A DNA stretch of 64,000 nucleotides. Origin: Candidatus Gottesmanbacteria bacterium (lineage in GTDB: Bacteria; Patescibacteriota; Microgenomatia; UBA10105; UBA927). Where the stretch lies: positions 4,589 to 68,588 of the forward strand of contig CAIJMI010000004.1 of NCBI GenBank assembly GCA_903821745.1. The letters run 5' to 3'. This document shows positions 23,949-33,352 of the stretch, one piece after another (the stretch's first letter is position 1; each line of letters starts with the position of its first letter). The position numbers and the translations under genes are program-made. The notes below the pieces were generated by a model. That model had not been told where the DNA came from and ran no database searches. It saw only the letters and a program-made list of their open reading frames with translations.

Positions 23949-24371
23949 ATGCGCATATTTTTTGGTGGACCACTCACAGATTTAAAAGATCCGGAAGCGA
24001 CAAAGTCATTTTATTCAAACATGGCGTCTGTTGCGACTAACCTGAATTTTGAATTTTTCTGGGCATTTTTAAACGGAACGGACCCGATTAAAAACCCGGA
24101 TGTCTCTCCGCAGGACGTCTATAACCGTGATATTGCTGAACTTGATAAAAGTGACATCATGATTGCCTATATTGGCGAACCAACAACCGGAACAGGTATT
24201 GAAATTGAACATGCCTATCATACAGGAAAACCCGTTATCATTCTCTATGAGCAAGGAAAAAACGTCAGTCGTATGCTCCGCGGCTGTCCTGCGGTCAAAA
24301 AAGAAATAGTATTTTCTTCACAGGAAGACGCCCTTGCACAACTAAACTCCTACCTTTCACGCATTAAGTAA
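23949..24371 (+). CDS. Nucleoside 2-deoxyribosyltransferase-like protein
   Basis: N-terminal MRIFFGGPL (YxAGP-type motif) and GTGIEIEHAYHTGKPVIIL (D/E.G....E.G.A...GKP) typical of the NDT/Rcl fold. Confidence 0.5.
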   Translation: MRIFFGGPLTDLKDPEATKSFYSNMASVATNLNFEFFWAFLNGTDPIKNPDVSPQDVYNRDIAELDKSDIMIAYIGEPTTGTGIEIEHAYHTGKPVIILYEQGKNVSRMLRGCPAVKKEIVFSSQEDALAQLNSYLSRIK

Positions 24372-24376
24372 TCAAA

Positions 24377-24577
24377 TTAAAGAACGCGATACCCCAACGT
24401 TTCTATTGCCTCTTTAATTCTTGCCAATATGATCTTTTTTTCATCGAAGGACACATCAACAGTTTGTTTTGCATAGTTTGCCTTTGCCTGCACTCCAATG
24501 TCTGCAAGTTCCCCTTCAATCAAAAGTGAACAGCTAACACAGTGCATACCGGATAACTTCAATTGGTGTGTTTTCAT
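24377..24577 (-). CDS. copZ: Copper chaperone CopZ (HMA domain)
   Basis: GMHCVSC metal-binding motif; ORF-track ORF 24377..24760 trimmed to the internal ATG (MKTHQLKLSGMHCVSC...) because its upstream part overlaps the preceding gene. Confidence 0.8.
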   Translation of the reverse strand: MKTHQLKLSGMHCVSCSLLIEGELADIGVQAKANYAKQTVDVSFDEKKIILARIKEAIETLGYRVL

Positions 24578-24587
24578 ATATTTTTCC

Positions 24588-25607
24588 TTATTCAATAATA
24601 AAACTTCCTCGATACATACCCATACTACACATAAATGGGAGATTTCCTTTTTTCTGTGGCGCAGTAAATTCGATGGTTGCCTGATCTCCGACAGCAACAT
24701 TTTTTTGAATATTGAGCTTTGGAATGGTGAAAAACTGGATACACCCCCCACCGGAAACATTCTTCACAACAAGCGTAATATGTGATCCTGCCTGGATATG
24801 TGGATTATCGATTGTATACGAGGAAGCATGAATGGTAATTACGGGGGTAGTAGTGACTGCGGTTGAAGGAGTGCTTTTTGTACCAACCAGATTATCACAA
24901 TACGATATTTCGCAGTATAACGATCGGATACTTCGCGTTATATCGAATCCGGAAATTGCTGCAGCGTTGGAAAGATTCCAAACAGCAAGCCCGATAACAA
25001 GTGCTGCTGCAATCGGGGTAAAGTATTTGGTAAAAAACGTTGATGCAGCCTGGATAACAACACCAAACAGAACAAACAATGGCATGGTTCCAAGAGTAAA
25101 GGCAAAAAGAATACTTGCTGAGACAATTGGGTTGCCATATTGGAGTGCCTGTACCATCATTGCCTGTGTTGTCCCGCAGGGAAGAAAAATCGTCAGCATA
25201 CCGACAAAAAGCGGTGCAAACCAATTCAGGTCATGGGATTCTTTACGTGCCAGTTTATATAAAAACCGTGGCGGTTGAATGACCACGTACCGGAATATCG
25301 GATGCACCTGCAGTAAATTGAGCGCTGTTGCGATCATAAACAGTGACGCCACACTCATAAGAATGACCCGCGTGGCAACTGTCATCTGAAAATAGGAGCC
25401 GATCCACCCCAGAAGAAACCCAAGGACGGTGTAAGCAAAAATTTTACCGATCAGGAAGACACCAACAAGTCCCAAGGTTTTTTTAAATGTAAGCATTTTT
25501 GCCTCCTGGGTTGCAATAACACTTGCCAGGAGCCCACCTTGGACGGCCATGCAGCCGATACCGCCGGTGATCAGTCCTGTAAGAAAGATAACAATAAGAT
25601 TTGGCAT
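24588..25607 (-). CDS. DsbD_2/TauE-like polytopic membrane protein fused to a C-terminal cupredoxin-like domain (copper-associated)
   Basis: ~230-aa 6-7-TM region with conserved LPCG; C-terminal ~100-aa beta-sandwich-like domain ending FMCSMGMYRG (Cys/Met/His-rich, cupredoxin_1-like); in an operon with copZ. Confidence 0.55.
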   Translation of the reverse strand: MPNLIVIFLTGLITGGIGCMAVQGGLLASVIATQEAKMLTFKKTLGLVGVFLIGKIFAYTVLGFLLGWIGSYFQMTVATRVILMSVASLFMIATALNLLQVHPIFRYVVIQPPRFLYKLARKESHDLNWFAPLFVGMLTIFLPCGTTQAMMVQALQYGNPIVSASILFAFTLGTMPLFVLFGVVIQAASTFFTKYFTPIAAALVIGLAVWNLSNAAAISGFDITRSIRSLYCEISYCDNLVGTKSTPSTAVTTTPVITIHASSYTIDNPHIQAGSHITLVVKNVSGGGCIQFFTIPKLNIQKNVAVGDQATIEFTAPQKKGNLPFMCSMGMYRGSFIIE

Positions 25608-25617
25608 AGTTCGTCTA

Positions 25618-25664
25618 TTGACAACAAATCACTACTCATCTATTCTATCCCCATAGGGGGTATA
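25618..25664 (+). promoter_or_regulatory. csoR-copA promoter (TTGACA-17-TATTCT) with overlapping palindromic candidate CsoR operator TATCCCC-ATA-GGGGGTATA
   Basis: ttgaca 25618-25623, 17-nt spacer, tattct 25641-25646; inverted repeat 25646-25664 overlaps the -10 element, resembling GC-rich CsoR boxes (TACCC-N4-GGGTA type). Confidence 0.45.
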
Positions 25665-25673
25665 AAAGTCAAT

Positions 25674-25955
25674 ATGCCAAAAGGAATTCCACGCGACCAA
25701 AGTGTCCAGCATACAATGCTTCACCGGTTAAAAATTACCCGAGGACAACTGGATAAGGTCATTTCCATGGTCGAAGACGGTCATTATTGTATTCATATTA
25801 TTCATCAATCCCTCGCAATTCAGTCTGCCCTTCGCCAAATTGACCAGATTATTCTCAAAAATCACCTGCAAACCTGTGTTGCAGATGCTATTAAGCATGG
25901 CAATGAAAAAGAAGTGATTGAGGAAGTCATGAAGGTTATGGAGAAAAAATCCTAA
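25674..25955 (+). CDS. csoR: Copper-sensing transcriptional repressor CsoR (CsoR/RcnR family)
   Basis: Metal-ligand signature C...H...C in [33 protein letters not shown]; start re-called to the internal ATG 25674 (MPKGIPRDQ...), which avoids overlapping the divergent gene. Confidence 0.8.
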   Translation: MPKGIPRDQSVQHTMLHRLKITRGQLDKVISMVEDGHYCIHIIHQSLAIQSALRQIDQIILKNHLQTCVADAIKHGNEKEVIEEVMKVMEKKS

Positions 25956-25962
25956 CATATAT

Positions 25963-28179
25963 ATGAAATACACCATCCCCATTTTAGGTATGCACTGCGC
26001 ATCCTGCGCAACCCTTCTCTCGCGACAGATTAAAAAAACGCCGGGGGTGACAAACGCAGAAGTAAATTATGGCAGTGAAGAAGCAGTTGTGGATCTTGCC
26101 TCCCCTTCCGATATCAAAACCGTTGCAGCAACGATTACCTCTCTTGGCTATACGCCAATTCTCTCGGATGATCCGACAAAAGAAGAGGAACAAAAAGAAG
26201 AAGCGCACACGAAACAAGTCCGAAATATGGAAAAAAGAGTGTGGATTAATAGTGTTCTAACGCTCATCGTGCTTCTTTTTACCTTGCCTGACATGCTTGG
26301 TATGCCAGTTCCCGCTTCCCTGAAGGAGCCCTTAATCTACGCATCAACGCTCCTTGCAACGATTGTGCAAATCTATGGAGGGTGGAGTTTTTATCAAGGG
26401 GCATTCAGTGCACTTCGCGTTGGAGCAACCAACATGGACACACTGATCGTTCTTGGCACAACGATTGCATATGGCTATTCCGTGTTTCATTTAATCGCAA
26501 CCTTATTAGGGCGAGCCGCAGGACTTCCAAAAGCCATGTTTTATGACAGCAGCACCGTTATTATTACCCTCGTGCTTCTTGGAAAATATTTAGAAGCAAA
26601 AGGAAAACATACCGCTGTTGAAGCACTGCGCGCCATCACGAAACTGGAATCAACAACCGCACATAAATGCATAGGGACAAAAATTGTGACCGTGCAAACA
26701 GCAACACTTCTTGTTGGAGATATTCTCGAAATCCGACCGGGAGAACGCATTCCTGTTGACGGCATCATCACGAAAGGATTTTCATCCATTGATGAGTCCC
26801 TTCTTACTGGTGAACCCATTCCCGTTGAAAAAACCGTGGGTGATGAACTTATTGCAGGTACGATCAATACAACTGGCGTTATCCGCATAAAAGCACTTGC
26901 TGTCGGCAAAAACACCGTGCTTGCGCACATTCAACATCTCGTCCATGATGCGCAAAATGCAAAACCGGATATTGCCAGGCTTGCTGATACCATTTCGTCT
27001 GTCTTTGTTCCGATTGTCATTATTCTTGGAGTAACCACCGCCATTGTCTGGCTCATGCTTGGTTCACCTGTTGATGCTATTGCAAAAAGTATTGCAGTCT
27101 TTGTTGTTGCCTGTCCCTGTGCACTCGGACTTGCAACACCAATGGCTGTTATCGGTGGAGTCGGACGCGCTGCAAAAGAAGGCGTGTTAATCCGATCAGC
27201 AACAGCACTGGAACGCGCTGGCAAAACAACAACCATTGTCTTTGACAAAACAGGAACCATTACCAAAGGAAAACCTAGTGTGACTAATGCGCACATTCTT
27301 GAGGCGTCAGGTATTCCATTTGTTCTTGCAATTGAGCAAGCCTCAGAACACCCGCTTGCAACTGCGATGCTTTCCTGGGCAAAAGCAAAAGAGATTCACG
27401 CGTCCAAAAATGAAACGTCACATATTACGGCAATCCCTGGTATGGGCGTTTCTGGAAGTATAGACAACAAACAAATTCTGATTGGGACTGAAGCATATGT
27501 AAAAACTAATAAGATTACTATCAGCACGAAAGAAAAACAAATGCTTACCGCATTGAGCCAGGAAGGGAAAACGATTGTGCTTGCTGCAGTCGAACAAAAA
27601 CTTGTTGCTATATTCGGTATTGATGATGAATTGCGGACTGAGGTCAAAGACGTAATTGCAACGCTTCACAACATGCATATTCACCCGATACTATTATCGG
27701 GTGACAGACAGGAAGCAACAACAAATAAAGCAAAACACGTAGGAATCACCGATGTAATTGCCGAAGTGAAGCCGGATGAAAAAGCTGCAGTGATAGAAAA
27801 ACTGCGATCCAAAGCCGCCGTCATTATGATGGTGGGTGACGGCATCAATGATGCACCGGCAATTGCAGCGGCTGATATTGGCGTAGCAATCGGTTCAGGA
27901 ACCGCAATTGCAAAAGCAACGGCAGATATGACGATTCTTGCAGATTCTTTAAATCGCATTCCATTTATGATTCACGTCAGTCGCCGTGTTATGCAAACCA
28001 TCAAACAAAATCTTCTCTGGGCATTCGGATATAACATTATTCTTATTCCTATTGCGATGGGCGTAGCAACCCCACTTGGCGTTACCCTGACCCCACCTAT
28101 GGCTGCATTTGCCATGGCAGCAAGTTCGTTATCTGTGGTAGTAAATTCCCTTAGACTCTCACGGATAAAAATGGCATAA
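25963..28179 (+). CDS. copA: Copper-translocating P1B-type ATPase
   Basis: N-terminal HMA (GMHCASC), TM CPC motif ([11 protein letters not shown]), phosphorylation site DKTGTIT, hinge GDGINDAP. Confidence 0.9.
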   Translation: MKYTIPILGMHCASCATLLSRQIKKTPGVTNAEVNYGSEEAVVDLASPSDIKTVAATITSLGYTPILSDDPTKEEEQKEEAHTKQVRNMEKRVWINSVLTLIVLLFTLPDMLGMPVPASLKEPLIYASTLLATIVQIYGGWSFYQGAFSALRVGATNMDTLIVLGTTIAYGYSVFHLIATLLGRAAGLPKAMFYDSSTVIITLVLLGKYLEAKGKHTAVEALRAITKLESTTAHKCIGTKIVTVQTATLLVGDILEIRPGERIPVDGIITKGFSSIDESLLTGEPIPVEKTVGDELIAGTINTTGVIRIKALAVGKNTVLAHIQHLVHDAQNAKPDIARLADTISSVFVPIVIILGVTTAIVWLMLGSPVDAIAKSIAVFVVACPCALGLATPMAVIGGVGRAAKEGVLIRSATALERAGKTTTIVFDKTGTITKGKPSVTNAHILEASGIPFVLAIEQASEHPLATAMLSWAKAKEIHASKNETSHITAIPGMGVSGSIDNKQILIGTEAYVKTNKITISTKEKQMLTALSQEGKTIVLAAVEQKLVAIFGIDDELRTEVKDVIATLHNMHIHPILLSGDRQEATTNKAKHVGITDVIAEVKPDEKAAVIEKLRSKAAVIMMVGDGINDAPAIAAADIGVAIGSGTAIAKATADMTILADSLNRIPFMIHVSRRVMQTIKQNLLWAFGYNIILIPIAMGVATPLGVTLTPPMAAFAMAASSLSVVVNSLRLSRIKMA

Positions 28180-28189
28180 TAGATCTACT

Positions 28190-28621
28190 ATGAACACAAA
28201 CCTAAAATCTTTAAACCGAATTATTTTTGTCCTTTCCATAGCAGGACTGATTATGGGCATGTACGTTCTCCAAAGTTTCTTGCGTCAAACCGGTATCGTT
28301 TGTTTGACTGGCGGCGGATGTGAAGCAGTCAGAAAAAATGCTCTCTCCTACCCATTTGGCATCCCGGTTCCTGCTATTGGTGTTGCAGGATACACATTTT
28401 TAATGGTTCTATCATTCCTTCGAACGTTCAAAAACAATAAAGGATTATTGTGGGGAACATTCGGTATGGCACTGTTTGGTATTTGTTTTGTCTCCTGGTT
28501 TACGTATACGGAGCTATTTCTCATCAAGGGAATTTGTATGTGGTGCGGTATATCAGCAATAAACATGTATATTATCTTTGGATTGACACTCAAAAGTTTG
28601 TCGATTGCTAAAAAAGTATGA
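28190..28621 (+). CDS. Vitamin K epoxide reductase (VKOR) family thiol-oxidoreductase
   Basis: Four to five TM helices, loop cysteines (CLTGGGC) and TM CxxC (CMWCGISA). Confidence 0.75.
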   Translation: MNTNLKSLNRIIFVLSIAGLIMGMYVLQSFLRQTGIVCLTGGGCEAVRKNALSYPFGIPVPAIGVAGYTFLMVLSFLRTFKNNKGLLWGTFGMALFGICFVSWFTYTELFLIKGICMWCGISAINMYIIFGLTLKSLSIAKKV

Positions 28622-29244
28622 AACTTACATCTGAAACAAAACTCTTTGTCGGTATTGTTGCATTCACGGCTCTCAGTATTGCCATTGCACTCGTTATTAT
28701 GACGAAGCCAGCAAAACCAGTTGCAAAAGAGGTGTTACTTGCAAATGCAGTCCATATCATCGGACCCAAAGACGCAAAAGTGTGGCTGGTTGAATTTTCG
28801 GATTACCAGTGCCCTGCCTGCGGACAGTTCTATCCAGCCGTCAAACAGTTGACGGACAAATACAAAGATTCACTCTTGTTTGTCTATCGCAATTTTCCGC
28901 TTCCCATTCACGAAATGGCCCTTCCTGCAGCACGCGCAGCTGAGGCTGCCATGCAACAAGGCAAATACTGGGAAATGCACGATGCCCTCTTTACCGGACA
29001 GCGAGAGTTAAGTGATGCCTTTATCGCATCGGAGGCAGCCAGACTGGGACTGCGTATGGAAGCATTTAATCAGGACATCAAAAGCCAAATGATACAAAAA
29101 ATTATTGATACGGATGTTTCACTTGGTGATGCAATTGGTGTAAATGCCACACCGACGTTTTACTTAAATGGAACAAAATTGAACTTGAATACCGTCAATG
29201 ATCTTACCGTCGCTGTTAAAACTGCACTTACTAACAATAAATAA
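28618..29244 (+). CDS. DsbA-like thiol:disulfide oxidoreductase (thioredoxin fold), membrane-anchored
   Basis: N-terminal TM anchor, active site YQCPACGQF (CPxC); 4-nt overlap with VKOR gene. Confidence 0.75.
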   Translation: MKLTSETKLFVGIVAFTALSIAIALVIMTKPAKPVAKEVLLANAVHIIGPKDAKVWLVEFSDYQCPACGQFYPAVKQLTDKYKDSLLFVYRNFPLPIHEMALPAARAAEAAMQQGKYWEMHDALFTGQRELSDAFIASEAARLGLRMEAFNQDIKSQMIQKIIDTDVSLGDAIGVNATPTFYLNGTKLNLNTVNDLTVAVKTALTNNK

Positions 29245-29257
29245 ATAGGAGGCATAT

Positions 29258-30019
29258 ATGTTTACGCTTACAGGTAAAGTCGCCCTGGTAACCGGGGCAT
29301 CCAGTGGTATTGGTCGTGCATCAGCACTAGCACTGGCTCATCAGGGAGCAAAAATTGCTCTTGCAGCACGCCGGGTCGACAAGCTTGAAACACTTGTTGC
29401 TGAAATTCAGGCAGCTGGCGGTGAAGCACTCGCCATTCCCACTGATGTATTAAAACAGGAAGATGTACAAAATGCAGTTGCCAAAACCGTTGCAACATTT
29501 GGGCGTTTGGACATACTTTTGAATAACGCAGGCATCGGATCCATTGAACAGACGCTCGATATGACCAGTGACGGATGGGACAAAGTAGTCAATACAAACC
29601 TAAAAGCGTATTTTTTTGTTGCACAAACAGCAGCCAAAGAAATGCTGAAAAATAAATTCGGCAGGATTATTAATATTGCCTCCATTCTTTCAGGCGGTGT
29701 TGGAAGCGGGATGGCAGGCGCAATCAATTACTGCGCTTCAAAAGGCGGCGTGGTTGCGATGACGGAAGGATTGGCGGATGAATTTGCCACACAAGGAATA
29801 ACGGTCAATGCCATTGGTCCCGGGTTTATTGAAACAGAAATGACCGCATCCGTGCAACAAATGCCTGATTTGTACAAAGGATTGCTTGCACGAATCCCCA
29901 TGAAACGGTTCGGAAAAGCCGAAGAAATTGCGGCAACCGTTGTATATCTGGCATCAGACGAAGCAAGCTACACGACAGGCGCAACCTTCTACATTGATGG
30001 CGGGTGGACAGCAAGTTAA
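29258..30019 (+). CDS. SDR-family oxidoreductase (3-oxoacyl-ACP reductase-like)
   Basis: TGASSGIGRA cofactor motif, NNAG, catalytic YCASKGG (YxxxK); RBS TAGGAGG. Confidence 0.85.
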   Translation: MFTLTGKVALVTGASSGIGRASALALAHQGAKIALAARRVDKLETLVAEIQAAGGEALAIPTDVLKQEDVQNAVAKTVATFGRLDILLNNAGIGSIEQTLDMTSDGWDKVVNTNLKAYFFVAQTAAKEMLKNKFGRIINIASILSGGVGSGMAGAINYCASKGGVVAMTEGLADEFATQGITVNAIGPGFIETEMTASVQQMPDLYKGLLARIPMKRFGKAEEIAATVVYLASDEASYTTGATFYIDGGWTAS

Positions 30020-30702
30020 AGAAACAGGGCAACCGTCATATTCCAGAAAAAATGCACTAGAAGCGGTGGAATCAGGGAATGAGTCTGTACAAACAATATA
30101 CTGTTAATCACCCCGATTACCGTTGTAGTAACCAAAAAAAGAACGAGTGTGGTACCTTGAAATTTCAAGGATGTTGCCAGAATTGGAATATGAAATGCGA
30201 CAAACATGAGGGTGGACATAACAATGGAATACACCATGCGTTTTGTTTCCCGAAAAAGCCTTGAAAAGAAAAATCCGCGACTGAGTAGCTCTTCTGAAAA
30301 CGCAGTTGCAAGTGACAGAAGAGATAAAAATACAAAAGAATATGACGCAACGCTTGCAAGCTGCATCACTTGAATCGTTCCGTGCTTTGCAATATTAATA
30401 AGTACTCCTTCAAGCAAAAACACCACGCCAATCCCAAGCCCAATTTCTAAATTTTTGATTCCATTTTTTGCCGTTAACCCAACTGTGGCAATCCGTTCGT
30501 GCTCGCGGTGCAGTACATACCAGATGACTGGAACAACAAACACAAGAGGTTTAAAAATAAATTCATCAACCCATTCCGGCAAGTGAAAAAAATAGCGGTA
30601 GAGCGCCCAAATAAGAAGCTGCCATGCCCAAAATTGAAAAATCCATTCAGTCTTGTTCGTATGAACCGGTATCTGTTTTGTTTGTTTTTTCATACGTCCC
30701 AT
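30016..30702 (-). CDS. CPBP-family intramembrane metalloprotease (CAAX protease/Abi-like)
   Basis: Motifs SEELLSRGFFF (EExxxR) and FVAFHIP (FxxxH) within a polytopic membrane protein. Confidence 0.8.
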   Translation of the reverse strand: MGRMKKQTKQIPVHTNKTEWIFQFWAWQLLIWALYRYFFHLPEWVDEFIFKPLVFVVPVIWYVLHREHERIATVGLTAKNGIKNLEIGLGIGVVFLLEGVLINIAKHGTIQVMQLASVASYSFVFLSLLSLATAFSEELLSRGFFFSRLFRETKRMVYSIVMSTLMFVAFHIPILATSLKFQGTTLVLFLVTTTVIGVINSILFVQTHSLIPPLLVHFFWNMTVALFL

Positions 30703-31194
30703 TTACTTTTTTATTCTAGCAATTTGTGTTTGCTTTAACAATTCTTCCATCGCACCGGTAAGTAATTCAATCACGGATAACGCCTGGTCCCTGCTGAGCA
30801 TACGGATGTTTCCAGGAAAGTAATGGAATACTAAATTTCTCCCCTGCTTCCAGGCATACCACAAATGATCCGCCACATCATTCCCATACCGGTTTTTCAG
30901 CTGTAAATACGCGCTTTTCCCGTGCAGCTGGTTTGCGATATTGGGATTTAACACCTTACCAATACGAAACCTGTTGCTTGCATAGTCATAGGTGGTAATA
31001 ATCCCAAGCTGCAAAAAAACATCTTTCAAAAATCCTTCATAGAGTTTTGCGAATGGAAAAACGAGGTAAGAATAATCCGTGGGTTCCTGATCTTTATGCA
31101 GAAGACTGTCTCGTATCAAAAACGCACCATCATCAACCAACACGTGCTGCTCTTTTATTAAATACTCCCACACAATATCACCGTGAGTAATCAT
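30703..31194 (-). CDS. Hypothetical protein (possible HEPN-like R-x4-H motif)
   Basis: 163 aa, no TM; RNLVFH near the C-terminal half. Weak evidence only. Confidence 0.45.
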   Translation of the reverse strand: MITHGDIVWEYLIKEQHVLVDDGAFLIRDSLLHKDQEPTDYSYLVFPFAKLYEGFLKDVFLQLGIITTYDYASNRFRIGKVLNPNIANQLHGKSAYLQLKNRYGNDVADHLWYAWKQGRNLVFHYFPGNIRMLSRDQALSVIELLTGAMEELLKQTQIARIKK

Positions 31195-31208
31195 ATGTGT
31201 ATCTTTTG

Positions 31209-31676
31209 TTATGCCCCGCGCAAAAAAAGAACTGTTTCAATGAAAAAAAAGACAATAGTTACAATCATTATCCATCCCTGAATGGTTGGTGATACGGGTT
31301 CAGCAACCATGCCATACCAACGGTTTAAGTGTTTTACCATCATCCATTCACCAAGCTGCCAGAAAACAAGTGTTAAATAAATAAGAAGAACCAATCCTGC
31401 AGCCAAAAAACTACCAGATGAAGAGACAACAAAAAAACTGACGACGGCAAAAAGACCAACAAAAACAACTGAGCGGAAGGGTGACGGATCAAGATGAAAA
31501 AATTCCTCGGCGGTTTCCAAAAAATACATACCGATCAAGCCTCCTAAAACGAAACTCCCGGTACTCCAGGTGGGATGAACGGTCCATTTTAAAAAACATA
31601 AAAAAAGAATATAGACGATGCTGCCGATAAGAAAAAATGATGGTTTTTTATGAAGAATAGAACGAACACTATGCAT
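31209..31676 (-). CDS. Hypothetical membrane protein (4 predicted TM helices)
   Basis: 155-aa hydrophobic ORF. Confidence 0.45.
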   Translation of the reverse strand: MHSVRSILHKKPSFFLIGSIVYILFLCFLKWTVHPTWSTGSFVLGGLIGMYFLETAEEFFHLDPSPFRSVVFVGLFAVVSFFVVSSSGSFLAAGLVLLIYLTLVFWQLGEWMMVKHLNRWYGMVAEPVSPTIQGWIMIVTIVFFFIETVLFLRGA

Positions 31677-31680
31677 ATAA

Positions 31681-31965
31681 TTATTGTATCACGATAAAAT
31701 CAACGATGTTTGGATCAAAAGAAATTTCGAGAAGGTCCACAGCTGTTACATTCGCTAAAAATGGCCCATTTCGAACGGCCCGCATCAAGACTTCGACTTG
31801 CTGCATTTCACCCTGCAAAACCGCTTCCACTGTTCCATCATCCCTATTGGTAATCCACCCAACAACTCCTAGTTCTTGCGCATGTCGCTTCACCCATTTT
31901 CTATATCCGATGCCCTGCACAGACCCTGAAACAATAATATGAATGGCGTATGGTACTCCGTTCAT
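31681..31965 (-). CDS. acyP: Acylphosphatase
   Basis: Signature VSGSVQGIGYRKWV (V.G.VQGVGFR); start re-called to the ATG at 31963-31965, a 4-nt overlap with the upstream gene. Confidence 0.8.
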   Translation of the reverse strand: MNGVPYAIHIIVSGSVQGIGYRKWVKRHAQELGVVGWITNRDDGTVEAVLQGEMQQVEVLMRAVRNGPFLANVTAVDLLEISFDPNIVDFIVIQ

Positions 31966-32219
31966 ACTGTTTTTCGAAGTTCCTTCATTTTCCACATAAA
32001 AAGCCGGGGTTTACTCGTTGCATTGGCATCTTTCACAAATGTCAGTGTTTTTTCAAGAATTGCCCTGGGAACAGTTTTTGCAAGTCGAATATATAAAGAC
32101 TTATGTTTATAGTCATCCAAAGTTTCAGCCAAGTAGATCCCATATTTTTGAAACTCACGGGAGATATATTTATCCTCAACCGGATTAAAGGTTTGCAGTA
32201 TGTCTCCTAATTTTTGCAT
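31962..32219 (-). CDS. Hypothetical small protein
   Basis: 86 aa from internal Met (MQKLGDILQ...); the longer ORF would overlap the pth start. Confidence 0.35.
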   Translation of the reverse strand: MQKLGDILQTFNPVEDKYISREFQKYGIYLAETLDDYKHKSLYIRLAKTVPRAILEKTLTFVKDANATSKPRLFMWKMKELRKTV

Positions 32220-32226
32220 AAAGATA

Positions 32227-32853
32227 TTAATTAAACCGGAGCATCGCCTTATCAATTCCTTCAGTCAGAGCAATGCGGACAGCTTCTGTTCCGTTTTTAA
32301 TCAGGTGTTTTAACTCCCCTGCCTCTCCTTGGGTAAAACGGGAAAGGACAAAGGAAATATCCCATTGATGCCGTTGATGTTGAGCTTTTCCTGCATTTCC
32401 TTTTTCAATATTTTCCGTGTCACGATCCCCTTTGCTAAATAACTTTCCCCGACCAATACCCAACCGGAACCGAATAAATGCATCGGTTTTAAGCTCCGAA
32501 ATAATAGAATCAACACCACGGTGTCCGGCACTGCTGCCTTTTTGACGAATTCTGATTTTTCCAATCGGCAAATCCATATCATCATGAATCACCCAAACAT
32601 CGGAAGGCTTCAATTTATAAAAATGCATAATGGCAGAAACCGCAACACCGGAATTATTCATGAATGTAATCGGCTTAACCAACAGGACTTCCCCGACTTT
32701 TGTTGTCATGGCGTTAAATTTTGGTTCTTCTTTCCATGAAATGGATTCTGGGGTTAATTCTTTTGCAAGTTTGTCAATTGTCATGAAGCCAATGTTGTGA
32801 CGCGTATCTTGATATTCGCTTCCAGGATTTCCAAGGCCAACAATAATTTTCAT
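32227..32853 (-). CDS. pth: Peptidyl-tRNA hydrolase (with ~20-aa internal insertion)
   Basis: MKIIVGLGNPGSEYQDTRHNIGFM N-terminal signature with catalytic His; 208 aa versus the typical ~190. Confidence 0.9.
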   Translation of the reverse strand: MKIIVGLGNPGSEYQDTRHNIGFMTIDKLAKELTPESISWKEEPKFNAMTTKVGEVLLVKPITFMNNSGVAVSAIMHFYKLKPSDVWVIHDDMDLPIGKIRIRQKGSSAGHRGVDSIISELKTDAFIRFRLGIGRGKLFSKGDRDTENIEKGNAGKAQHQRHQWDISFVLSRFTQGEAGELKHLIKNGTEAVRIALTEGIDKAMLRFN

Positions 32854-32943
32854 ATATGTGTTCCTCCCACCACTACTATAAACACCACTCCCCTTCGGGG
32901 CAAGTGGTGTTATAGAGCATATAGGTATCTCGCGAGATATCCA

Positions 32944-33276
32944 TTACTTCATTTTTTTGAGTTGTACTTCTGCAAGATTGCCGATATACGGAACCTTGTA
33001 CATTTCTCCTTGGAATGCTTTCCACATACAGACGATCCAAAGAACAAATGATGCAAAAGACAACAAAAGCCCAACTAACCATCCAAGAATTGGAATAAAT
33101 CCCAAAACAATATTTGCTATAAAAATTCCTCCAAAAAGAATAGTTGATTGCATTGCATGAAACCGCACAAATTTACTTTCTTTTTCCACAATAAGGAAAA
33201 TAATTCCTGTTACAAATGCGAGTAAATATGCAGCTGCTCCCATTAAATTTTCGTTGTTCTGTTTTGATTGTGCCAT
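32944..33276 (-). CDS. DUF4870-like small membrane protein
   Basis: NLMGAAAYLLAFVTGIIFLIVEK.SKFVRFHAMQS motif; start re-called to the internal ATG 33274-33276 because the longer ORF overlaps the upstream gene. Confidence 0.5.
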   Translation of the reverse strand: MAQSKQNNENLMGAAAYLLAFVTGIIFLIVEKESKFVRFHAMQSTILFGGIFIANIVLGFIPILGWLVGLLLSFASFVLWIVCMWKAFQGEMYKVPYIGNLAEVQLKKMK

Positions 33277-33352
33277 TAAGTAATCACCTCCATTCTTTCT
33301 ATAAATACAGCGTATCACGACTGCAATTTGCAGGTCAAGAAGAAAGGAGGGG

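Noticed and set aside
24377-24760. 127-aa form of the copZ ORF and 138-aa form of csoR (25539..25955)
   Set aside because: The N-terminal extensions overlap neighbouring genes and lack homology; internal ATGs give canonical 66-aa CopZ and 93-aa CsoR.
26541-27959. Minus-strand ORFs 26541..26930, 26931..27296, 27681..27959 (Ala/Ser/Thr-rich)
   Set aside because: Antisense shadows of copA, a GC-richer gene with codon-position bias that creates open antisense frames.
32310-32739. ORFs 32310..32585(-) and 32521..32739(+) inside pth
   Set aside because: Alternative-frame or antisense ORFs within a confidently identified peptidyl-tRNA hydrolase gene.
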